Origin: Bacteroidales bacterium
GTDB taxonomy: Bacteria > Bacteroidota > Bacteroidia > Bacteroidales > JAHJDW01
DNA: 64,000 nucleotides
Assembly (NCBI GenBank): GCA_041671145.1
Contig: JBAZBZ010000002.1
Span: forward strand, 16,854-80,853
Direction: 5' to 3'
In this document: piece by piece, positions 30,344-38,221 of the stretch
Numbering within the stretch: the first letter of the stretch is position 1
Layout of the letters: each line of letters starts with the position of its first letter
Program-made: the position numbers and the translations under genes
Notes under the pieces: model-generated
Seen by the model: only the letters and a program-made list of their open reading frames with translations
Told to the model about the DNA's origin: nothing
Database searches by the model: none

Positions 30344-30555
30344 CTGTTTAAATTTTGTAAGTGATTGAAATTACTGCTGTTAATTTGATGTTTTGTTTAT
30401 TTAACTTTTTTAGTTGCTCCCTCCCCACAACCTAAACACATGCTGATCGCGAATACCCATGCCTTTCTTCGTTGAAAACAGCACTGAATTTTTAATCATT
30501 TACGGTTTCTGCAACCTATTTTGTTTGCATGGATATTTCATATATTTTAATTTTA
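30305..30555 (-). repeat. Duplicated 5' module, copy A (leader + start codon + first ~12 codons)
   Basis: Aligns by eye with 35113..35365. Shared strings on the + strand include cttacaaaatttaaa (read on the minus strand), aacttttttagtt, aatcatttacggttt and ttgtttgcatggatatttca. It is GC-enriched relative to its flanks. Confidence 0.75.
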
Positions 30556-30593
30556 GTTTCTTATAATTTATTTTTCGCAGCATTTAATCTGTT

Positions 30594-31544
30594 TTAATGT
30601 ACATTCCCGTTAAAAAAAGAATTCACAAAGCTACGGGTATTAATCAACTCATATCGTTCCATTAAATTAGATATTATTCTTTCCGATTTTTGTATTTTAT
30701 TTTTAACGGAAATTTTGATATTTGGGTGAACCGCAAGTTCATTAGGAATACCATCACTCAAATCCATAAATTCAATTATATGGAACAAATACATCATATA
30801 CGGCTTATTTATTTTTTTTGAAATATAGTTTGAATATATGGAAGGAGCCCATAAATTAAAACTATTATAAAACGGAAGTCCCAGTACATTAGTCCTTGAA
30901 AATGGCAATTCCAAAAATTTATGGGATTTCGCATCTGGAACCAACCAATTATTTGCACTTGGTGTGTATGGATATTGTTCAAGTTTATTAGTAACAGTTC
31001 CGAAATCTGCATTATTGAGTCCGTTTTTAAAAAGCGCTCCATGCAAGATTCTAATAATAGGCACCACAATTGACCAAAATCCCGAAGAATCATATTTAAG
31101 CCCCAAATCTACAGCAATATTAATTACCTTTGAATTGACACTACAGCCGGGAGAGCGAAAACCTATTGGAGTAATACCGGTTATTTTCGCTATTATTTGA
31201 TTACACATTTTAATTTCTTCCTTTATTTTTTCTTCAGGCAAATTTGCCAACCCAAAAGGATGAGAATAGGTGTGGTTTTCTATTTCATGACCATACTTGT
31301 GCGCTTGCAAAATAATATTTTTAATAGCTTCACTGCTTTCAAGCTCGTCTCCAACCACAAAGAAAGTAACTTTTATATTTCGCTGGTTAAAAAAGTCCAA
31401 TGCTCTATTCCAAGCTGTTTTGTAAAACAATTCAAGCTTATTCTGATCGAAAACCACATTATTAATCTTATAGAAATTCATGAGTTTTACCGGTGAATCC
31501 ACATCAACAGTGATAATTAGTTTTCGTTCGTTATGATTATTCAT
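30594..31544 (-). CDS. Polysaccharide deacetylase (CE4 / NodB homology domain)
   Basis: ITVDVDSP and VTFFVVGDELESSEAIKNIILQAHKYGHEIENHTYSHP. Confidence 0.8.
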   Translation of the reverse strand: MNNHNERKLIITVDVDSPVKLMNFYKINNVVFDQNKLELFYKTAWNRALDFFNQRNIKVTFFVVGDELESSEAIKNIILQAHKYGHEIENHTYSHPFGLANLPEEKIKEEIKMCNQIIAKITGITPIGFRSPGCSVNSKVINIAVDLGLKYDSSGFWSIVVPIIRILHGALFKNGLNNADFGTVTNKLEQYPYTPSANNWLVPDAKSHKFLELPFSRTNVLGLPFYNSFNLWAPSIYSNYISKKINKPYMMYLFHIIEFMDLSDGIPNELAVHPNIKISVKNKIQKSERIISNLMERYELINTRSFVNSFFNGNVH

Positions 31545-31568
31545 CTATTCTATTATTAATTTTTAGTA

Positions 31569-32237
31569 TCAAATGCTTTTCGTTTGTATGATAATTGCAA
31601 CTTCATTTGGGTTATCAGATTGAATAAAAATCACTGAGTGTTTTTGATAAAACTTTATTGCCCTGTCATTAGTTTTTAAAATTCGTCCCAATATGTTTTG
31701 TATATTGTTTATTTTAAAATGAGCTATAACAGTTTTCAATATTACATTTGGAATACTTATTTTTTCAATCGGGTCGATGCTTTTTCGGAAATTCTCCAAT
31801 ACTCCACATGACAAATACTCACCCATTTTATAACAATACTCATTTTGTTGTAATTTCCCCAATAATGTATCTTTTTTCATTTTTAATAAAAATTTCAAAA
31901 ATAATATTATTCTATTGGGTTTTGATACCATAATAATCCCTAACAATACAAAAACCAGAATAAAATATTTCCTCATTCCTTCTTTCATAAATGTAAAAGG
32001 TTTATTTGTACATGAACCGAATCCAACATATTCCTCATTTTGTTTATACAGATAAACTTCAATTAAATTGTTCTTTGTAAGTTTAGAATAATAAAACTTT
32101 GAAAGAAATAAATAGCCGAGTTTTGAAAGAATGCTTTCGGGTAATAGTTTAATGTGCAGATTACTCACTGCTTTCACATGTTCTTTATTATCCCACTTTA
32201 AATAGATAATATTTTGATTGTTTGTTTTGTACTCCAT
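31569..32237 (-). CDS. GNAT-like acetyltransferase candidate with a central hydrophobic insert
   Basis: EEYVGFGSCT and C-terminal ILGRILKTNDRAIKFYQKHSVIFIQ (GNAT motif B-like). Weak. Confidence 0.45.
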   Translation of the reverse strand: MEYKTNNQNIIYLKWDNKEHVKAVSNLHIKLLPESILSKLGYLFLSKFYYSKLTKNNLIEVYLYKQNEEYVGFGSCTNKPFTFMKEGMRKYFILVFVLLGIIMVSKPNRIILFLKFLLKMKKDTLLGKLQQNEYCYKMGEYLSCGVLENFRKSIDPIEKISIPNVILKTVIAHFKINNIQNILGRILKTNDRAIKFYQKHSVIFIQSDNPNEVAIIIQTKSI

Positions 32238-32298
32238 GTTTATTTAGTTTTATATTTTGACTTACGGAGTGACATTGAGGCACTCCGTAAGTTAAATT

Positions 32299-33798
32299 TC
32301 AATTACTTTTTTTCTTAAGCATTTTATTCAAAGGTCTGTCAATTATTGCATTTGTAAAATCAAAAATTTCAATTTTTCTATTATTTTTTCTGTTAAAAAG
32401 CATTACTTTATTTATATTTATTGAAGTGTCAACTTTTTGGATTATTGTTTTATTTGATTTAAGATGAAAATTTGTTTGTTGGGCATCAGTATCATAATAA
32501 TAACAAACAGTATCATTTTTTTCATAAGCATTATCAATATTCTTTGCAATCACACTGAAAAATTTATTCTTTGATACAAAATAATTATTAAAATCATAAA
32601 TTATCATTATGCCAAAATACACTACAAGCAAAATAAAAAGGATATACCTAAAAATATTTTTCATGAAAAACATTTCATAAATTCCTATTGATAAAAAAAT
32701 TATTATAAAAGGGATAGAAAATTGCGAATATTGTTTTGCAAAAGAAGCAGTGTGTCCTGTTTTAATTGCTATCAAGTCAGCCAACAAAAAACATGAAAAA
32801 CCAGTAGTAAAAATCAGAAACAACTTACTCATTTCATTTTTTTTTATATTTTTAAATGAGAATAAAATGAAAACTATGGGTATGAAAAGAACTAAAATCA
32901 GATACCTCATTTTATAGCCCCATCCAAGCATATCCCAATGCAAACTGTCGCCAATGAGGTATGTAAATAACTGATATGTATATAAAATCATAATTTTAAT
33001 GCTTATTACTTTAGTCCATTTATTCATTTCTTTTGCATCTTTCAGCCTCATTTCACTTCTGTATGCTATCTGCTGAAACCCTTTATATCCATACGCAAAA
33101 TACCATGCAAGAAAAACCACTATTACAATTGCAGCGCATATCAATAGATTTTTCCATTTAACTTTGTCTCTTAAAAATAAAATTGCAAATAGTGCATGAA
33201 CTATAATTATATAGAAAGCAGAATAATGCGCAAACAGTAATGCAATAGTTGAAATTATATATAAAAAATAATTTATTGTTTTATCTTTTTCATAAACTAT
33301 TTTAACAAAATAAAATGACGAAATAAGCGAAAGCAAAGTCGCAAACTCATAAGTACGAGATAACGCACTGAATTGAATTAGCGAAGGATGTATAATAGCA
33401 ATCGCAGAACTGATGTATGCTACATTTATATTGAATAATTTCCTTGCAAGCAAAAAAGTAAATAAAACAACTAATGCACCGCAAATTACAGAAAGCAATC
33501 TTGTTGCAAAATCGCTGCTTCCGAATGCACATGACCAGTAATACAGAACAATATTATACAACAAGCAATTTCCCGATTCGAAAAAGAAGTTATTATTTAT
33601 AACCTTTGTAATATTATTTTCAATAAACGACTTGTTATCAAAAGTGGAAGAAGAATAAAGTATCTGGTTATTTGAAGAAGTGTACGTAATAATATATTCA
33701 TCCCAGTTCTTTGGTGTACTATTTATTGAAATTATTCTCATAGCAAAAGCTACTATGAATATTGTTAAAGCAATTAATGTTTCTTTTTTATATCTCAT
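32299..33798 (-). CDS. GT-C (ArnT/PMT_2-like) polytopic glycosyltransferase candidate, paralog B
   Basis: 499 aa with WDEY after TM1. It shares NINVAYISSAIAIIHPSLIQF, HALFAILFLRDKVKWKNL and DAQQTNFHLKSNKTIIQKVDTSININKV identically with paralog A. Confidence 0.65.
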   Translation of the reverse strand: MRYKKETLIALTIFIVAFAMRIISINSTPKNWDEYIITYTSSNNQILYSSSTFDNKSFIENNITKVINNNFFFESGNCLLYNIVLYYWSCAFGSSDFATRLLSVICGALVVLFTFLLARKLFNINVAYISSAIAIIHPSLIQFSALSRTYEFATLLSLISSFYFVKIVYEKDKTINYFLYIISTIALLFAHYSAFYIIIVHALFAILFLRDKVKWKNLLICAAIVIVVFLAWYFAYGYKGFQQIAYRSEMRLKDAKEMNKWTKVISIKIMILYTYQLFTYLIGDSLHWDMLGWGYKMRYLILVLFIPIVFILFSFKNIKKNEMSKLFLIFTTGFSCFLLADLIAIKTGHTASFAKQYSQFSIPFIIIFLSIGIYEMFFMKNIFRYILFILLVVYFGIMIIYDFNNYFVSKNKFFSVIAKNIDNAYEKNDTVCYYYDTDAQQTNFHLKSNKTIIQKVDTSININKVMLFNRKNNRKIEIFDFTNAIIDRPLNKMLKKKSN

Positions 33799-33861
33799 GA
33801 GTTGTATCTATTTTCTTAATTAATTATTAAGATATATTTCCTATTCAAAAATCATATAAAA

Positions 33862-35151
33862 TCAAATTATTCTTATACTTTTAATATATTTTTCAAACAA
33901 TAATATATTTGCAATTACAACAATACTTATCCCACCAATATAATACATCGGAAAAGGATATACCAATACTCCGGGAATAATATAAAAACCAAAAGTAATC
34001 AGAAAAATTAAAATTGTTTTAAATGAAGATTTTGTTTTAAAGAAATAGTAGATTCCTAAATTAAACGAAATGAAAATAAACATCAAAACATATATGAATT
34101 TTTGAAATAATGTTTTCAAAAAAAATATTTTATCATTTATTATTATTTTCAAACACACATTTTTCATGATGTCTTCATATTCTTTAGGATATTTGTAAAA
34201 ATCAATTTCTAATTTCTTATTTATTTTCTTTGCGACATTAAAACCCGTGGTATCATGGCATGTTATACCATATTTATTATTACCAAAACCCATACCTAAA
34301 TATAAACTATGCCATAAAACATGTTTGTTATTTACTAAATTAATTTTATTTTCATACTTATGTTCAATAAGCCAATTGTTTCTTTTATTAATTAAATGAT
34401 TAAAATATATTGAAGGAATATATATAGGCATTGTAATAAATAGCAAACAAATAATTTTATACTTAATGCTAAAGTTATTTTTATTATAAAACAAAACATA
34501 TAAAATAAAAAACAACAATAAACCTGTTCCTGAATTGCTTCTGAATTTATTTGAAATTCCAATAAAAACTCCTATAAAAAACAATATCAATAAAAACAAC
34601 TTGCTTTTACTGCTATCAGCTTTTTTTAAAAAATATATTATTAAAGGAATAAATGAAATAATAAAAAAAGACAGAATATAAACATTCATAACAAAGAAGC
34701 AAAACAAAGATAACAAGCAATACAATGAATAAGAGTATATTTTGCTCAATTTATCATCGAACAACAAAGAAAATCCTATTGTAGCGACAAAAAATCCGGA
34801 AATAATAAATAGAGAAAATAATAATAAATAAGCATTAGGGATAGTTGAAATATTTAAACTATTTTTTACTGCTACTACAAAAAAATAAATACCCATATCA
34901 TCGCCAAAAAGCTCAACAGGATTATACTCTTCTACACGTTCTCCTTTATCATTTGAATTTTCAAGGTAATATAACAAATATGTATTGGTTTTATTAAATG
35001 CTTCATCTGTTTTAATTAGTGCATTTATCCTGAATCCCTGATTTGCAAATTTCAAATTATTAAATAAATCTTTTTCATCAAGTTTATAAAAAGCAAATAG
35101 TATTAAAATAAAAACTAAGGACGGAACAATTAATTTGATATTTTTTTTCAT
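33862..35151 (-). CDS. Polytopic membrane protein of unknown function
   Basis: About 429 aa from ATG (MKKNIKLIVPSLVF...); the ORF track begins at an upstream TTG (35172). Many TM segments. Only its N-terminal ~20 aa resemble GT-C paralog A. Confidence 0.55.
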   Translation of the reverse strand: MKKNIKLIVPSLVFILILFAFYKLDEKDLFNNLKFANQGFRINALIKTDEAFNKTNTYLLYYLENSNDKGERVEEYNPVELFGDDMGIYFFVVAVKNSLNISTIPNAYLLLFSLFIISGFFVATIGFSLLFDDKLSKIYSYSLYCLLSLFCFFVMNVYILSFFIISFIPLIIYFLKKADSSKSKLFLLILFFIGVFIGISNKFRSNSGTGLLLFFILYVLFYNKNNFSIKYKIICLLFITMPIYIPSIYFNHLINKRNNWLIEHKYENKINLVNNKHVLWHSLYLGMGFGNNKYGITCHDTTGFNVAKKINKKLEIDFYKYPKEYEDIMKNVCLKIIINDKIFFLKTLFQKFIYVLMFIFISFNLGIYYFFKTKSSFKTILIFLITFGFYIIPGVLVYPFPMYYIGGISIVVIANILLFEKYIKSIRII

Positions 35152-35365
35152 GCTTTTAAATTTTGTAAGCAATTAAAATTTCTGCTTTTAATTTTCTATT
35201 TTAGTTAATAAACTTTTTTAGTTACTCACTCCCGCAAAAGCCAACCGCACAACCTGCTCGTGAATATCCATGCCTTACTTTGTTAAAAGTTGCGTTGCTC
35301 ATTTAATCATTTACGGTTTGTGCATTTTTTTTGTTTGCATGGATATTTCAGCATATTTATTTTTA
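35113..35365 (-). repeat. Duplicated 5' module, copy B
   Basis: Homologous to 30305..30555. Contains the inverted repeat gaatatccatgc (35262-35273) / gcatggatattt (35337-35348). Confidence 0.75.
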
Positions 35366-35402
35366 AAATATTATCAAAATTTCTGATTTCAGGTTGTTTG
35401 GT

Positions 35403-36473
35403 TTATCTCAACTCCAAATATTCAAAATGATTGTGTATATTATTAATAAAGCCGCTCGGTGAAATATATTCTTCATAAAGTTTTCTTATATTCAATTGAA
35501 GATTTAAAAATTCCTCATCGGAAATGCTGTTATGAAAATCCAAAAGTATCTTGTCGATTTTATTTATTTCGTTTTCTTCAACCCAAACTACATATTTTTT
35601 CCAGTCGATGCAAAAATCATAAGGCAACACACAATCGGTATTAATAAAAACAGGAATTCTTCCGCAAATAATAGTTTCATAAAAACGATAGGAATAATTT
35701 CCTCCTCCTCTTGTGCATAGCACATAATTATTATTTATTATATTATCGATAAACATTTTTTTATTCTGCGACATGGTAAGCTTTTTATCGCCAAACATAC
35801 TGGTTATTGTTATATCTGAATTTATTTTATCATTATTTTTCAAAATTTTTAATGCATCAGCTCTGAATTTATAACCATCGTAATACCACTTTTCATGCAA
35901 CAAACATTTTTTTGAAATCTTATAAGAAACCCTGTTAATATTATTTTTTAATTTCTTTTTAAATATCTCCAGTGCATCAATAGGCTGCGAACAACCTCTG
36001 AAACCTATTTTAGGTTTTTCTTCTTTTTTGCTTAAAAAATAATTATCTTTAAAATTTATTACTTTTATATCTTCTCTCCACGAAGGCATTGCAAAATTTA
36101 TCGAATTTGCGGTTCTCTGTTTTGATTTATTTAATGAAGTTCTGAAAACAATCGAATTTTCTAAACCTATATCTTTATCATCATCATCATAATAAAATAC
36201 AATTATCTTTTTATTCTTTTCGTTTGCAAGATTTATAAGGAATTTCGACTTTTCGAGTAAATTCAATGCTTTAAGCCATTCCCAGTTTATTGGCAAAATA
36301 AAAAAGTCGGCATTATCTGGTTCATGCACCAGTTCAAAACCGAAATTTGATTGAGAACATGGATTATTTTTATTGTCATTAAAAAGAATAGATGTTAAAA
36401 TAAATGATAAATTCTCAATATTATTCTTTGCAATATTAAAATCCGTAAACAATTTAATTTTTGTTGAATCCAT
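35403..36473 (-). CDS. Exostosin-like (GT47-type) glycosyltransferase
   Basis: YVLCTRGGGNYSYRFYETIICGRIPVFINTDCVLPYDFCIDWKKYVVWVEENEI matches the exostosin C-terminal block (F.L.PRG....S.R..E....GCIPV...D...LP....W..F). Confidence 0.65.
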   Translation of the reverse strand: MDSTKIKLFTDFNIAKNNIENLSFILTSILFNDNKNNPCSQSNFGFELVHEPDNADFFILPINWEWLKALNLLEKSKFLINLANEKNKKIIVFYYDDDDKDIGLENSIVFRTSLNKSKQRTANSINFAMPSWREDIKVINFKDNYFLSKKEEKPKIGFRGCSQPIDALEIFKKKLKNNINRVSYKISKKCLLHEKWYYDGYKFRADALKILKNNDKINSDITITSMFGDKKLTMSQNKKMFIDNIINNNYVLCTRGGGNYSYRFYETIICGRIPVFINTDCVLPYDFCIDWKKYVVWVEENEINKIDKILLDFHNSISDEEFLNLQLNIRKLYEEYISPSGFINNIHNHFEYLELR

Positions 36474-36496
36474 CTTGTAAAAATAAGTTTTAATCT

Positions 36497-37999
36497 CTAC
36501 ACTTTATTATCAGGTATATTATATCTACTTATGAAAGAATTAAAAAATTTAATTTTTCTAAGAAAAAACATTATGAAGTACACTACGCCCATAGCAGCAA
36601 AAGGGTAGAATGGCATAAAGTAACGGGCTTCACAATATCTGAAAATGACAGGGTATATTATAATTAAAAACAAAGGAATTGATAAAAAAATAAAATATTT
36701 TCGTTTTTTAATAGTAAGCATTACTAATCCGGTAATTCCAAATAATAAAGCAATGTAATACAAAAGTGATTGGACAAATTTTATATAAAACTGATAGGGT
36801 TTATAGTAGCTGAAATTCTTACTTATTGGCAGGTAATACGAACCGCTGTGAATTGTATAATTCCTTATTAGCCGTATGTATGATAAAAAATAATACTGAA
36901 AGGGTTTTTCTCTGATAAAAGCTTGTTTATGTTGATTAAATCTTGCAACTATGAACTTTTCAAGTGAGTCGTTTTTATGCAATTTAAATTCCAATAATAA
37001 ATCACGGGTTTTTTCTATATCTTTTTTTGTGCATGAACTGCTTTCGACAAAATCGGGAAGGGTATAATCGTTTCCAAAAATCCATGGCCAAAAATAATTC
37101 CCCGCAGTTTTTTTATCCCAATTTATAAAATTTTCACCCCATGCCCTAATTAGTGCTTGGCACGCCAAATCGGCTTCCGGCATCATATAACCCGCATTTT
37201 TAGTTTCAAAAAACATAATTGGTTTTTTAAAAAGCAAATAGTTGCGAATTGTCCATGGAGTAATTAACATAAAAAATGGTACCGAGATGATAATACAATT
37301 TTTCGATAAAACTTTAATTGCATTAAAAAAAGAAAGTTTTCTGTAATACATTATTAAATCTGCAAATATTAGCAAATAAGCAAATATATAAGGAGGCTTT
37401 ATTGTAGCAATGTACCCCAGAAAAAATGAAGAAACAATAAGGTATTTTATTTTTCTGCCTTCTTCAATGTATTTGTAATAAAAATATACTGCAAAAATGA
37501 CAAATGAAGCTGTTATACTGCTTGTCAACAATGTAAAACTATAAAAAGTTACATAAAAGCTGAACAGCATGAATATGATATATGTCCAGAAAAACAAAAT
37601 ATTCCGGAATAGTGCAAGTATCATTTTTGAAAAAACAAAAATAGCTATACTTTCAAGCAATACCTGAAATACCACAACTGCTGTTGAAGCATTTTCATAA
37701 GAAAAAAATAATCTAAAAAAAAGAAAAAACAAACCATAAAACGGAGTTCTTCCTGCAAAAACTTTTCTTTCACCATTCCACCAGTAATATGATTTTTTCT
37801 GAAGAAAATTTTCTATCGGTTCAATATATGATGAAGCATCGCCAGAATAAGATGCTATGCCATGAATTAAGTTTGGCGATTGCTTTTTTATAAGAGAAGA
37901 TAACCAAAGTACTGTTAATAATTTTATAAAAAAAATTATTAAAATAATTATTATGCTTTTTTGAATAGAAATATCGATATTTATCGATTGTTTGTTCAT
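36497..37999 (-). CDS. Polytopic membrane protein, GT-C (ArnT/PMT_2-like) candidate
   Basis: About 500 aa with more than 10 TM segments. YSGDASSYIEP follows TM1. I chose the ATG at 37999; the track starts at the TTG at 38005. Confidence 0.55.
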   Translation of the reverse strand: MNKQSINIDISIQKSIIIILIIFFIKLLTVLWLSSLIKKQSPNLIHGIASYSGDASSYIEPIENFLQKKSYYWWNGERKVFAGRTPFYGLFFLFFRLFFSYENASTAVVVFQVLLESIAIFVFSKMILALFRNILFFWTYIIFMLFSFYVTFYSFTLLTSSITASFVIFAVYFYYKYIEEGRKIKYLIVSSFFLGYIATIKPPYIFAYLLIFADLIMYYRKLSFFNAIKVLSKNCIIISVPFFMLITPWTIRNYLLFKKPIMFFETKNAGYMMPEADLACQALIRAWGENFINWDKKTAGNYFWPWIFGNDYTLPDFVESSSCTKKDIEKTRDLLLEFKLHKNDSLEKFIVARFNQHKQAFIREKPFQYYFLSYIRLIRNYTIHSGSYYLPISKNFSYYKPYQFYIKFVQSLLYYIALLFGITGLVMLTIKKRKYFIFLSIPLFLIIIYPVIFRYCEARYFMPFYPFAAMGVVYFIMFFLRKIKFFNSFISRYNIPDNKV

Positions 38000-38138
38000 T
38001 AACAAAAATAAAAAAATAATTTCCTGAAAGGAATTTTCACAAAAGTAATGATTTTTAATTTATTTTATACGCAAGCAAAAACAGAAAAGATAACAAATTT
38101 CACAATTAATTATTTAAAAATTTTAATTTTGCATTAAA

Positions 38139-38210
38139 GCGGAAGTAGTTCAGCGGTAGAATATCGGCTTCCCAAGCCGAGGGTCGCGGGTTCGAATCCC
38201 GTTTTCCGCT
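38139..38210 (+). tRNA. tRNA-Gly (anticodon CCC)
   Basis: GCGGAAGTAGTTCAGCGGTAGAATA... The anticodon arm is TCGGC-TTCCCAA-GCCGA, with GGTTCGAATCC as the T-loop. The acceptor pairs GCGGAAG/TTTCCGC, and no CCA is encoded. Confidence 0.9.
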
Positions 38211-38221
38211 CAAAAAAATCT

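Noticed and set aside
30451-30539. The inverted repeats in the duplicated leader as boundaries of an invertible (phase-variable) promoter, as in Bacteroides capsule loci.
   Set aside because: The segment between the arms is only about 64 bp, and I could not find a TTTG / TAnnTTTG promoter pair inside it on either strand. No invertase or tyrosine/serine recombinase is present in the window. An RNA hairpin reading fits the one observed substitution better. It is not fully excluded; PhaseFinder-type read analysis would settle it.
38139-38210. tRNA-Gly and tRNA-Pro as integration sites of a mobile island.
   Set aside because: No integrase, transposase, or duplicated tRNA 3' segment is visible in the window. 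I note them only as locus boundaries.
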